64,000 bases of DNA from an uncultured Desulfarculus sp. (GTDB lineage: Bacteria > Desulfobacterota > Desulfarculia > Desulfarculales > Desulfarculaceae), in contig CAXXUK010000001.1 of assembly GCA_963665125.2 (NCBI GenBank), forward strand, positions 1,408,001-1,472,000. The letters are read 5' to 3'. The number at the start of each line of letters is the position of its first letter. Position 1 is the stretch's first letter. The position numbers were made by a program, and so were the translations under genes. Under the pieces are notes generated by a model. It was not told the DNA's origin and made no database searches. It was given only the letters and a program-made list of their open reading frames with translations. Positions 1 to 9,917 of the stretch are shown here, piece after piece.

Positions 1-2
1 GG

Positions 3-311
3 GAAATCACCATAAACATTCAAAAACATGCAAAAGCACACTGCGTTTGGTTATCATTGCAATTCCAGGCTGGCGGCATGGATGCATGCATAGTTGACGA
101 CGGCGTTGGTTTTGATATTTCGCGGCTGAGTTGCAAATCGGACTATGGGTTTGGTCTATTCAGCATTGGGGAACGACTGAATGCCATTGGCGGCGGAATG
201 CATATCGAGTCGGACCAGGAAACCGGAACCGCCGTTAGACTGTGGGCTCCGTTCACGCCTCTGATTAACACAGTGGAATCTATTGATGAAAACGAAAATA
301 TTGCTGGCTGA
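3..311 (+). CDS. NarX/UhpB-type sensor histidine kinase, C-terminal HATPase fragment (5' end outside window)
   Basis: Frame is open from position 3: EITINIQKHAKA (N-box), DDGVGFD (G1), GFGLFSIGER (G2), GTAV. Overlaps the downstream response regulator. Confidence 0.85.
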   Translation, partial: EITINIQKHAKAHCVWLSLQFQAGGMDACIVDDGVGFDISRLSCKSDYGFGLFSIGERLNAIGGGMHIESDQETGTAVRLWAPFTPLINTVESIDENENIAG

Positions 312-933
312 TGACAATGTCATCATGTCTGAAGGGCTGCGTTTGCTTATCGAACAAAACGATCAACTTGAGGTCGTTGATATAGCTCACACGGGCAGGG
401 AGGCCGTCAACAAAGCTGCCAGACTATGTCCCGACTTGGTTATTATTGATGTGACAATGCCGGATCTTAACGGAATCGAAGCAACACGACAAATAAAGGC
501 AAAAAACCAACTTATCGACATCATAGGCCTGTCCATTCATTCCGACAGCCGGTTTGTGGTTGAAATGCTCAAGGCCGGAGCCAGGGCTTATGTGCTGAAA
601 CAATGCGCCGTTGAAGAGTTATTTCAAGCCCTGAATGCCGTCTTGCAAGGCCATTCCTATCTTAGCGCCGGAGTGACCCAAAGCGTTCTAGAGGACCTGA
701 TGACTCGCGGCGGCAATAATAGCCAAACAGCGCATTCCCGTTTGACGCCTCGTGAATTGGAAGTCCTGCAGTTTCTGGCCGATGGAAACAGCACCAAGGA
801 AGTCAGTTCTTTACTGAATTTAAGCGTAAAAACCATTGACACTCACCGCAGTAATATTATGCGCAAGTTAGGTATTTCCAATACTGCCGAGTTGGTCAAG
901 TATGCTATACGTGAAGGGCTGACAACGATCTGA
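286..933 (+). CDS. NarL/FixJ-family response regulator (REC + LuxR HTH)
   Basis: ILLADD, DVTMPDLNG and GARAYVLK receiver motifs; LTPRELEVL...SVKTIDTHRSNIMRKL HTH. Start at 283 or 286. Confidence 0.95.
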   Translation: MKTKILLADDNVIMSEGLRLLIEQNDQLEVVDIAHTGREAVNKAARLCPDLVIIDVTMPDLNGIEATRQIKAKNQLIDIIGLSIHSDSRFVVEMLKAGARAYVLKQCAVEELFQALNAVLQGHSYLSAGVTQSVLEDLMTRGGNNSQTAHSRLTPRELEVLQFLADGNSTKEVSSLLNLSVKTIDTHRSNIMRKLGISNTAELVKYAIREGLTTI

Positions 934-990
934 CAATCATTTCAACCCCGCCCATATCGTCCAGCTCTAGGGTGATCAATTCATAACCTA

Positions 991-1028
991 AGGGTTTTCC
1001 CTACATTCATTTCCGTTTCTCCCTGATT
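991..1028 (+). promoter_or_regulatory. Putative LuxR/NarL-type operator pair (AGGG-TTTT-CCCT palindrome plus a second CCCTGATT half-site 22 bp downstream)
   Basis: Palindrome at 991-1002 and repeated CCCT at 1021-1024, between the regulator and the MCP gene. Confidence 0.4.
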
Positions 1029-1315
1029 GTATCCCAACCAAGGAATATCCAAAAATATGTCAGCAAACGGGTGGTAGCTAGGGGTTCGGCCAATCAGGAT
1101 AAAAGCAGCTTCGAAAAATTGTCAACGGCGCAACTAAAGGCTTCGGCTAGTCCACATGTCTTTGACATTATCTTGCCGGCCTACTGGTTTACCAAAGGGG
1201 GGCTCAGTATTGGAGGCCATTATCCGAATGGATTACATCTGGCCTACAACCATGTGTACCGCGCAAATCCGTATGCCCCAATCAAACGGCAATAATTTTT
1301 TTTCGAGGTTTTTCA

Positions 1316-3238
1316 ATGTTTTCAAGGGGTACCATCAGGCAGAAGCTGCTTACTCTAACAAGTGTTATGGCCTTAATAATATTTGGCTTATCGTTTTTTT
1401 TCATCAACCGGTTCAGCGTTACAGGTGAATACTATCACGATGTGACAAATAGCAGGATGCCCCAACAGCAAACCGCGGGCTTTATGTCTGAGCTCCTTCT
1501 CGGGGCCCGCTTGAACATAACCGAATTGAGTACTGTTGAGCGGAGTATTGCCAATCAAAAGGTCTTTGCCCAGCGAACCAAGGAACGCCTGGAAAAAGTC
1601 AGGGCATTGACCAAAGCAATGCAGTTGGGCAGCAAAGACCTGGGCGAGATAATCCCCCAGGCAAAAGACCTAGCCTTACCAGCCTGTTCAAGCGGCGGAC
1701 GAATTGAACAAATTCTCAAAGCAATGAACCCGGAACTTAATGAGTTTGAAACGACCTGTAAGACCCTAATTGAGTTAAAAAGGCAACAAATAGAGTTGGT
1801 CAATCAAATCGGTTGGTTTGACAGCGATCAAGAAAGCCAGGGAACCGTCAAGGAACTCGTGCTTGCCGGCAGGAAAATGCAGCAACACGCCGATGATGGT
1901 CATGTCGGTTTTCTGGTGATGAAGGTGCGATCCCAGGAAAAAAACTTTTTACGTCGTGTTGACCAGCAATACATATCAAATATGGAGCAGGTTCTTGAGG
2001 ACTTGAAAACGGTCAGCACCGGCGAATTGTCCAATGCGCTGCAAAAATACAAAACCATTCTCTCCAGCCTCAAGGACAATGTTGTCAAGGAAGCGCAACT
2101 CAGGGAAAAAATTAAAACATTGGTGCGCGGGGACCTGCGAAATCAGCAAAAGCAGGTTGACACCCATATGGATGAGTTGACCAAACGAGCATCGGACCAG
2201 CTTTCAAAAAGCCTGCAACTGGCACGCGATTCAGAATCCCAATCCCGCATCATCATACTCGCAGGCGCCGCCACTTCGATTATCGTCTGTATCCTTTTAG
2301 GTCTTTTAATTACCAAAACCATTAACAAGCAACTTAGAAGTATTGCCTCCACGCTTGGCGATGGCGCAAGGATGGTGGTCGCCGCCTCGGGGCAGGTTGC
2401 CGCCACGAGCCAATCACAGGCGCAGGGCTCGTCGGAGCAAGCCGCGGCACTGGAGGAAACAGCCGCGGCACTGGAGGAAATGGCCTCGATGGCAGGCCGC
2501 AACTCCAACAGCGCAACCGCCGCCGACAAACTGATGCACGATACCAACCAGGTGGTTCGCGAGGCGGGTTCCAATATGCAGGCCCTCTACCAAGCCATAG
2601 AACAAATAACCAATACCAGCGACGAAATGGCAAAGATTGTTAGGACCATCAACGAAATAGCCTTTCAAACAAACTTGCTGGCCCTCAACGCCGCGGTGGA
2701 AGCCGCCAGGGCCGGTGATGCCGGGTCAGGCTTCGCGGTGGTGGCCGACGAAGTTCGCTCCCTTGCCTTGCGCACGGCGGAGGCGGCCCACAGCACCTCG
2801 AGCATGATTGATCAGAACATTGACAAAATCGGCCAACTATCAAATCTGATGGAAGTGACGACCAGGGCCTTTGGGCAGGTGCGGGACAGCTCGGGAAAAG
2901 TGGCCAGCATTGTCGAGGAAATAGCAACCGCTTCGGCCGAACAGACCAAGGGCGTGGAACAGATCAACCAGGCCATGAATGAAATGGATCAGCGCATCCA
3001 GCAAACCGCTTCCGTTGCCGAGGAATCGGCAAGCGCTGCCGAAGAACTGAATGCACAGGCCGAAAGCACCAATGATATGGTCGAAGGATTAATTGCAATT
3101 ATTGGCGGCGCCCATAAAAACGGGGCGGCCAAAAAACACAAAGCACCAGGCGTTGATGGCGGCAGGGCCTTGTTGATCGAAGGCGTGGAGACATCCCGGA
3201 ACTATCTGGACCCTGCGGATGATTTTTTTAGGATCTAG
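1316..3238 (+). CDS. Methyl-accepting chemotaxis protein
   Basis: Two TM segments flank a periplasmic domain; hairpin tip IAFQTNLLALNAAVEAARAGDAGSGFAVVADEVRSLA. Confidence 0.95.
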   Translation: MFSRGTIRQKLLTLTSVMALIIFGLSFFFINRFSVTGEYYHDVTNSRMPQQQTAGFMSELLLGARLNITELSTVERSIANQKVFAQRTKERLEKVRALTKAMQLGSKDLGEIIPQAKDLALPACSSGGRIEQILKAMNPELNEFETTCKTLIELKRQQIELVNQIGWFDSDQESQGTVKELVLAGRKMQQHADDGHVGFLVMKVRSQEKNFLRRVDQQYISNMEQVLEDLKTVSTGELSNALQKYKTILSSLKDNVVKEAQLREKIKTLVRGDLRNQQKQVDTHMDELTKRASDQLSKSLQLARDSESQSRIIILAGAATSIIVCILLGLLITKTINKQLRSIASTLGDGARMVVAASGQVAATSQSQAQGSSEQAAALEETAAALEEMASMAGRNSNSATAADKLMHDTNQVVREAGSNMQALYQAIEQITNTSDEMAKIVRTINEIAFQTNLLALNAAVEAARAGDAGSGFAVVADEVRSLALRTAEAAHSTSSMIDQNIDKIGQLSNLMEVTTRAFGQVRDSSGKVASIVEEIATASAEQTKGVEQINQAMNEMDQRIQQTASVAEESASAAEELNAQAESTNDMVEGLIAIIGGAHKNGAAKKHKAPGVDGGRALLIEGVETSRNYLDPADDFFRI

Positions 3239-3254
3239 CTTGGAGCAGTGATTC

Positions 3255-5471
3255 ATGACCGGGGACAATCAAACGGTTTTATTTGTTATTGTCGCGGCTT
3301 CGGCGGCGCTGCAAGCCGCGGCGGCCGTGGTTGCGCTTAGCCTGAACCGCTTTACAACACGCAGGCATGGCTGGAGCCTGATATCCCTGGCGATTTTCTG
3401 CATGGCTTTCCGCAGGCTCCTCGAACTCCACTCCCTTACCATGGGACACGCCGACGTAACCAACACGAATGTATGGCAGGAAACCACGGCGTTGCTGACA
3501 TCGGCTTTGATGCTGGCAGGTCTGGTTCTCCTGCGCGGTATGTTTCAGGCCATGCAGGGGGCTCATCTGGCCTTGATACACAGTGAAAAACGGTATCGCG
3601 ACATCTTTGAACAATCCAACGACGGCATCGTGGTTTCCGATTTGGAAGGCAAGGTTCAAGACATGAACCTGGCTGGACGAAAAATGTTCGGCGTTTCCCA
3701 GGAAGGTCCCATAGATGCTTACGTGACCGACTATTACATCGACCCGGCCGACAGAACGACCTTGTTGGAGATAATCGCTCAATATGGGTACTGCCGCGAT
3801 TTTGCAGTGCCCATGAAAAAGGGCGACGGCCGGGTAATGGAATGTGAACTCAGCTCTTGTATGCGGGTCGATGAGTCTGATTTTTCCAACGGTTATCTGA
3901 CTATTGTCAGGGATGCCACCCGCCGCCTGCGCGCCGAAGCCGAGCTGCGCGAAAAGACCAACACCCTTGATGCCATTTTGGCGTCATCGCCCGTGGGAAT
4001 ATTTCTGGTGCGTGACGAAAAGGTTGTTTGGGTCAACCCGGCCATAGTCACAATACTCGGCTACAACGGCAAACAAATAATGGGAATGGCCCCCATAGAT
4101 TTCTGGGTCAGGCCGGAAGAATACATACCAGCAGCCAGCAGGGCCCTCAAGGAAATGACCTTGGTGGGATCGGCGGTCGTGGAAACCGAAATGAAACATG
4201 CTGGCGGCACCTATTTCGACGCATTCATCCAATTGAGAGCCGTGGACACCAGTGCGCCGGCCAAGGGCTATATCGGTTGCATAAGTGACGTCACCGAACG
4301 CAAACGGGCCGCGGAGAAAATTCGCAAATCAGAAGCCCGCTACAGTCTTGTGCTGGAAAACGCCAATGTGGCCACCTTTATTTTGCAGGACGACAGGGTT
4401 AATTTCTGCAATGAAAAGGCATGCGATTTATTGGGGATGCCCCAAAGCGAACTCGCCAACAAACCGTGGCGGTCATTGGTGAGTGAGCTATGCGCCAAGT
4501 CGTTGGAACGCGACATCGGTCCCGTTTTGCGTGCCGGCGGAAAATTCGGGCCCAAAGAACACAGGGTCGACTTGGTCAACGGCCGCCAACTTCTTCTGGA
4601 CTTTACGGTGACGCCGGTCGAGCATGAACGCCAAACTGTTATTTTAGCCTTTGCCCAGGATATGACCACCCAGAGACGCCTGGAGCGTCAGCTTCAACAA
4701 GCCCAGAAAATGGAGGCCCTTGGCCGACTCGCCGCTGGTGTTGCCCATGACTTCAACAACTTGATCATGGTTATAGAAAACTACAGCCAAATATTGATGA
4801 TGCATACGGATTGCACCGACGCCATTGCCGGATTTGGCAACGAGATCAAGGCCGCCTGCAAACGCGCTCTTAATTTGACCGAAAAGCTTTCAATGTTCAG
4901 CCGCCAGCAAATAACCCCGCCCAATTTGCTGGATATGAATTCTGTAATCAATGATATGCACCCCATGGTCAAGCCTCTGTTGAATCCCGATGTCAAATTC
5001 CAGGTAAAACTGGCACCGGACCTGTGGAACATCTTGGGAGACCGGGGCGAGATGGAGCAGGTATTAATGAATCTGGCGGTTAACGCAAATGACGCCATGG
5101 AACACGGCGGCATCCTGACAATATCAACAGCCAATTTCGATTCAAGAAACAATGAGATAGCCAATACTTCAGAGATTCCGCCCGGCAAATATGTTTTATT
5201 GGCGGTTGGCGATACGGGCACCGGCATCGACCCGGAAACCGCCGCCCACATGTTTGAGCCGTTTTTCAGCACCAAACGCGTGGGTAAAGGCACTGGGTTG
5301 GGATTATCGATTGTCTACGGCATAGTGAAAAAACTTGAAGGGCAGATTATTGTGGATAGTTCGCCGGGACGGGGGACCCTTATGAATGTCTTTATCCCCA
5401 AAGTGGAGGATGCCGTTGTTCTGCCTGAAGAACACATTCAATTTTCGACAGTTTCGGCAAAAAGTATTTAA
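3255..5471 (+). CDS. Membrane-bound PAS-domain sensor histidine kinase
   Basis: N-terminal TMs and three PAS-like repeats; H-box GVAHDFNN, N-box EQVLMNLAVNANDAM, DTGTGI, FEPFFSTK, GTGLGL. No receiver domain. Confidence 0.92.
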   Translation: MTGDNQTVLFVIVAASAALQAAAAVVALSLNRFTTRRHGWSLISLAIFCMAFRRLLELHSLTMGHADVTNTNVWQETTALLTSALMLAGLVLLRGMFQAMQGAHLALIHSEKRYRDIFEQSNDGIVVSDLEGKVQDMNLAGRKMFGVSQEGPIDAYVTDYYIDPADRTTLLEIIAQYGYCRDFAVPMKKGDGRVMECELSSCMRVDESDFSNGYLTIVRDATRRLRAEAELREKTNTLDAILASSPVGIFLVRDEKVVWVNPAIVTILGYNGKQIMGMAPIDFWVRPEEYIPAASRALKEMTLVGSAVVETEMKHAGGTYFDAFIQLRAVDTSAPAKGYIGCISDVTERKRAAEKIRKSEARYSLVLENANVATFILQDDRVNFCNEKACDLLGMPQSELANKPWRSLVSELCAKSLERDIGPVLRAGGKFGPKEHRVDLVNGRQLLLDFTVTPVEHERQTVILAFAQDMTTQRRLERQLQQAQKMEALGRLAAGVAHDFNNLIMVIENYSQILMMHTDCTDAIAGFGNEIKAACKRALNLTEKLSMFSRQQITPPNLLDMNSVINDMHPMVKPLLNPDVKFQVKLAPDLWNILGDRGEMEQVLMNLAVNANDAMEHGGILTISTANFDSRNNEIANTSEIPPGKYVLLAVGDTGTGIDPETAAHMFEPFFSTKRVGKGTGLGLSIVYGIVKKLEGQIIVDSSPGRGTLMNVFIPKVEDAVVLPEEHIQFSTVSAKSI

Positions 5472-5766
5472 TTTTTTTCAATAACCGCCATGTTCGTAGG
5501 GCGTGGAACACGCACCCCGGACATATATGTGCATTCCTTGGCCTCCGCCTTTCACGGCCCTTTACCGTGTGGTTAGCCATTGCGGTATTTTCAATGTTCA
5601 CCGGCAATTAAATACCACAGGCCTGTATCCATTTCGGTTCGGCGCCCTTGCACCTGCGGGACCAACCAACCCAAAAGGCAAACAGAATCAGATTGTTATA
5701 ATTGTAATTTAATTGTAATATGATTGGCACATTTGGAACGGGTCATTATTTTCAAAGGGGGAACTT

Positions 5767-5973
5767 TTGGGCAAGTTACTAGTTTACCTTTTTGTTTTTA
5801 CTGTTGTTTCCATAGCCTTTGCAAGCCCAGCCCATGCTTATATAGACATGGGCACCGGCAGCTACGTAATCCAGATGGTCCTTGCCGGTCTGCTTAGCGT
5901 TGGTGTTGCCTTGCGTGTATTTTGGGGGCGGATCAAGTCTTTTTTCTCACGCAATGACGACAAAGACAAATGA
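5767..5973 (+). CDS. Small signal-peptide/membrane protein with YIDMGTGS motif
   Basis: TTG start after aaggggg SD; signal peptide ending A-H-A, then YIDMGTGS, a hydrophobic helix and a basic tail; ATGA overlap with the next gene. Confidence 0.8.
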   Translation: MGKLLVYLFVFTVVSIAFASPAHAYIDMGTGSYVIQMVLAGLLSVGVALRVFWGRIKSFFSRNDDKDK

Positions 5974-7352
5974 TTGATACCAGCCGCGCCTTTGCCTCTT
6001 TTCGCGACCCTTCCGGATTTATTTTTTACAAAAACGAGGTGCTATACCGCCAGATCAATCAATCCTACGCCCGGCAATATCAGAATGCCAAGGATTGCGG
6101 CCTTTTTGATTTGGCCATAAACAACGGATGGATGCTCCCCTTTGAGGAAATTCACGATTCCCCTACTTTGTCCCCGGAAGGCTATAAGGTAATTAAGCCT
6201 CGGTTTGTTCCCTTTGTCTCATATCCATATGAATGGTGTTTTTCCCAAATCAAAGACGCTGCCCTGCTAACCTTGGACCTCCATCTCGCCGCCATTGAAC
6301 ATGACATGCTGCTGAAGGACGCCAGTATATACAACATCCAGTTCATCGACGGCAGGCCCACATTCATCGACCACCTGTCCTTTGATAACATAGAAGGGCA
6401 CGGCGCTTGGCCCGCCTATGGCCAGTTCTGCCGACACTTTCTGGCCCCCCTTTTATTGATGGCGTTCTGCGATCACCGCATGAGTTTAATGCTCAGGGAT
6501 TTCATCGACGGCATTCCCCTTGATCTGGCCTCGCGTCTGTTGCCCAAACGGACATATATGCGTATGGGCACCCTTATGCATCTGCATATGCACGCCAAAA
6601 GCCAGGTTCGTTATAGCGACAAAGTCGTGGATATGAAAAAGCGCGCCGCGGACAGGCGTTCTTTGTTTGCCATGGCCTCATCGCTGCGCCGGACAATAGA
6701 AAAAACCGAATTTAAGGTTGCCGATACCGAGTGGGCCAAGTATTACGAAGACACCAATTACAATGACCAAGCCATGGACTCCAAAAAGTCCGTTGTTGGA
6801 GATATGCTCCAGAAGGCCTCGCCCCAAATGGTATGGGACCTTGGCGGCAATATTGGCGTTTTCAGCAGAATAAGCGCGGCCAACAACCTTAATACCATTT
6901 GCTTTGATGTTGACCACTCGGCTGTGGAACAAAACTACAGGCAGTGCCGGCAGGATAGGGCAAACAACATCCTGCCCCTGGTCATGGACCTGACCAACCC
7001 CAGCCCCGGTTTGGGTTTTGCCGGGCGGGAAAGGGATTCCTTGCAGGACAGAGGGCCGGTTGACATGATCATGGCTCTTGCCCTCATCCACCATCTGGCA
7101 ATCTCCAACAACCTGCCCCTTTCGTACATTGCCGAATACTTCGCCGGCCTGGCAGAGTGGCTGATTATCGAATTCGTGCCCAAGCAGGACTCGCAGGTGC
7201 AGCGTCTTTTGGCCACCAGGGAAGACATATTCCCCGATTATGATGAAGCCGGTTTTGAAAATGCTTTTTCAAAACACTTTGATATCATTGACAAGCAAGC
7301 CGTGAACCACTCCAACCGCTGTATTTATTTAATGAAATCAAAATTGTCTTAA
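5970..7352 (+). CDS. NoeA-like protein: N-terminal kinase-like domain plus class I SAM methyltransferase
   Basis: SFRDPSG start, SYPYEW, LKDASIYNIQF...FIDHLSF (catalytic-loop-like and DFG-like); C-terminal WDLGGNIG...FDVD SAM-binding motif. Confidence 0.8.
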   Translation: MIDTSRAFASFRDPSGFIFYKNEVLYRQINQSYARQYQNAKDCGLFDLAINNGWMLPFEEIHDSPTLSPEGYKVIKPRFVPFVSYPYEWCFSQIKDAALLTLDLHLAAIEHDMLLKDASIYNIQFIDGRPTFIDHLSFDNIEGHGAWPAYGQFCRHFLAPLLLMAFCDHRMSLMLRDFIDGIPLDLASRLLPKRTYMRMGTLMHLHMHAKSQVRYSDKVVDMKKRAADRRSLFAMASSLRRTIEKTEFKVADTEWAKYYEDTNYNDQAMDSKKSVVGDMLQKASPQMVWDLGGNIGVFSRISAANNLNTICFDVDHSAVEQNYRQCRQDRANNILPLVMDLTNPSPGLGFAGRERDSLQDRGPVDMIMALALIHHLAISNNLPLSYIAEYFAGLAEWLIIEFVPKQDSQVQRLLATREDIFPDYDEAGFENAFSKHFDIIDKQAVNHSNRCIYLMKSKLS

Positions 7353-7428
7353 TCCGGCCGGCGACACGATCCGTGTTTCCGGAGGCGATAGCCAAGTAAA
7401 TATCAAACATTGAATCAGGAGTTGAATT

Positions 7429-9267
7429 GTGATGGCTGATGCCGGTAGCAGTCCCCCACGAAAAACCAACAACAAACTGCTTGGCATGCTTGATTGCATA
7501 GGCGGCGCGCTGCCATTTCTGGTGCTGTTCATAATTGTCCCGTTTTCCATCTATTTGCCCAACCAGGACCACTTTGATAACAGCATAATAGTTTTAGTTC
7601 CCATGTTATTGGCCGGTGTCATCGGCATCGGCGTCATGTGCCTGCTCGGCCGCATGAAATCGCCTGTCAGCGGGGCCATCTGCAAATGGCTGTTTTGGAT
7701 AGGCGCATGTTTATTGATCAACGACATGATAACCCCGGTGGGCATCAGCAAGCTTGACGGACGAAACATAGCGGCAAATATCCAAATACCAAGTTTCTAT
7801 ATTTACATCCAAGTCTTTGTTCTTGTGCTGTGTTTACTGGTGGCGTGGTTTACGAACTGGGCAAAGATCAAGCGCATTGCCGGGACCTTTGTTGCCGCGA
7901 TGCTGGTGCTTCAACTGACGACCTTTGCCCTGGAGGTCTCACCGGAAACCATCTGGTCCCTCAGGCCGGGTACAAAACCATTCAAGACATATGCGGCTCC
8001 CGCCCAGCCCAGCGTAAAAAACAATGTTTATCACATTATCCTGGACGGTTTCAGCAGCCAGACCTTTATCGAAATGATGAACAACAATAGGCTCAACGGC
8101 CTATTCAACGGGTTTGTATTTTACAAAAACACCAGATCAAACGGCCTGGTAACAAACCAATCCGTGCCCGGCATCATGACCGGCTCTTTTATGCCGGAGA
8201 AGAAAAAGGACCAAAGCCTCAAGCAGTGGTGGTACGAATCGGTTAGCGACTGGTCCATCATATGCAAATCAAAGGGTATTTTAAGCAAGGCATACGAAGA
8301 TGGCTATGCCGTGTCGCAATACATCCCCCGCCTGTATATGTGGCCCTATGAAAAAGCCACCCGGCTTTATCTGGGCAGCCAACTGGCCAAGGAAGGCGGT
8401 TTGGTGCCTTCATTCGCCGACCTCTGGCTCTTGCGGCTGGCGCCGGTGCCGATAAAAAAGCAACTGTTTGACAAAGACGACAAAGGTCCTTTTTCCCGGG
8501 CGTTCGGGGTCAAGGTCCACTTCCGCCATTGGGCCCACTGGTCAATTGGCCTCGGCAAAATCCTTTTGGATGACGAAAAATCCCGAAGCGCCGCAGGCAA
8601 CTATGTTTTCGCCCATTTGATGCTTCCCCATTATCCGTATGTCGTAAACGCAGAGTGTGAATACATCGGGGCTCAGCGGCTCAGGGACGAGCACTATCTT
8701 GCCCAGGCAAACTGTGGTTTAAAAATGGTCAAGGCCTTGTTGGATCAGTTGAAGCAAGCAGGCAAATTCAAGGATTCGTTGATTATTGTTCATGCGGATC
8801 ACGGCGAACATGCCGTCGGCCCATTGGATGCCTTCAACCAAATGCCCAAGGATTTTTTCAAACAGTACGACGATGACAACCATGTCGCCGAAACCGCCAA
8901 GTACATCAACAACAGATCGCTGGCCCTGTTATTGATCAAACTGCCCGGGGTCGACGAAGAGCCGTTGTCCATGGATAACAGGTTGGTGTCATTGGTTGAT
9001 TTGGAGCCCACAATATGTGATGTCATGGGCTGGCCGCAAACATCTCCCCATGGCAGATCGCTGCTCCAAAACGATGGCCAAGACAGAAGAGTCGACATTT
9101 TCTGCAAGCTGAACTACCCCAATATCATTGATACCAGGCCAAGCCTGATCCACGTGATATTTGACGGAAAGCACTGGCGGATCAACAACGACTATCCCGA
9201 AGACATGCATTTGAACGCCAAGCGGGAACTGGCCGGGCACCCCTCGGCGGATTCGGTAGTTAGATAG
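7429..9267 (+). CDS. Membrane-anchored alkaline phosphatase/sulfatase superfamily enzyme (LtaS/EptA-like)
   Basis: About 5 N-terminal TMs; NVYHIILDG, T-x-x-S...MTG nucleophile segment, HLMLPHYPY, IIVHADHG, SLVDLEPTI. Confidence 0.8.
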   Translation: MMADAGSSPPRKTNNKLLGMLDCIGGALPFLVLFIIVPFSIYLPNQDHFDNSIIVLVPMLLAGVIGIGVMCLLGRMKSPVSGAICKWLFWIGACLLINDMITPVGISKLDGRNIAANIQIPSFYIYIQVFVLVLCLLVAWFTNWAKIKRIAGTFVAAMLVLQLTTFALEVSPETIWSLRPGTKPFKTYAAPAQPSVKNNVYHIILDGFSSQTFIEMMNNNRLNGLFNGFVFYKNTRSNGLVTNQSVPGIMTGSFMPEKKKDQSLKQWWYESVSDWSIICKSKGILSKAYEDGYAVSQYIPRLYMWPYEKATRLYLGSQLAKEGGLVPSFADLWLLRLAPVPIKKQLFDKDDKGPFSRAFGVKVHFRHWAHWSIGLGKILLDDEKSRSAAGNYVFAHLMLPHYPYVVNAECEYIGAQRLRDEHYLAQANCGLKMVKALLDQLKQAGKFKDSLIIVHADHGEHAVGPLDAFNQMPKDFFKQYDDDNHVAETAKYINNRSLALLLIKLPGVDEEPLSMDNRLVSLVDLEPTICDVMGWPQTSPHGRSLLQNDGQDRRVDIFCKLNYPNIIDTRPSLIHVIFDGKHWRINNDYPEDMHLNAKRELAGHPSADSVVR

Positions 9268-9272
9268 CCCTT

Positions 9273-9914
9273 CTAAGCCACCACCCTGCCCTCTTTGATG
9301 GGGATAACCTTTGCCTTCAGGGCGTCGATCTCGGCCTGGGAATGGGTCACATAGACCACCGGAATATCGAGTTCCCTGGGCAACTTGGCCAGAAAAGGCA
9401 ACAGTTCTTCCTTGCGGTTCTGGTCCAGCGAGGCCAGGGGCTCGTCCATCAGCAGCAGACGGGGGCTGGTCAACAAGGCCCTGCCCACGGCCACCCGCTG
9501 CTTCTCGCCGCCGGACAAATTCTTTGGCCTGCGGTCCAGCAAGCGCCCGATGTCCATCAATTCGATCACCTGCTCTGTCATGATCCTGCGGTTCTGGGGC
9601 GGCACCAGCTTCATGCCGTACAACAGGTTGGAGCGAACGCTCAGATGCGGAAACAAACGGCCTTCCTGGAACACATAACCCAGGCCCCTGCGTTCGGGCG
9701 GCAGGTTTATGCCCCGGTCGCTGTCGAACAACGTCTCGTCCTCAAGCTTGATCTGCCCCTTGTCGGCCCGGAGCAATCCGGCAATGGCCTTTATCAGCGA
9801 TGTCTTGCCCGAACCAGAGGGCCCGAACAGGGCTGTTACGCCCCGGCACATGGCCTTGAAGCCGGCATCCAGGGTGAAATCACCCAGGGTGGTCTTGATT
9901 GCGACTTCCAACAT
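9273..9914 (-). CDS. modC: Molybdate ABC transporter ATP-binding protein
   Basis: GPSGSGKT, YVFQEGRLFPHL, LSGGEKQRVA, LLMDEP; short form with no C-terminal TOBE domain. Confidence 0.93.
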   Translation of the reverse strand: MLEVAIKTTLGDFTLDAGFKAMCRGVTALFGPSGSGKTSLIKAIAGLLRADKGQIKLEDETLFDSDRGINLPPERRGLGYVFQEGRLFPHLSVRSNLLYGMKLVPPQNRRIMTEQVIELMDIGRLLDRRPKNLSGGEKQRVAVGRALLTSPRLLLMDEPLASLDQNRKEELLPFLAKLPRELDIPVVYVTHSQAEIDALKAKVIPIKEGRVVA

Positions 9915-9917
9915 GGT

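Noticed and set aside
1075..1112. CTAGGGGTTCG...GATAAAAGC, reminiscent of the ykkC/guanidine-I riboswitch
   Set aside because: The motifs are far too close together and the conserved core and CCCGGGAG tail are absent.
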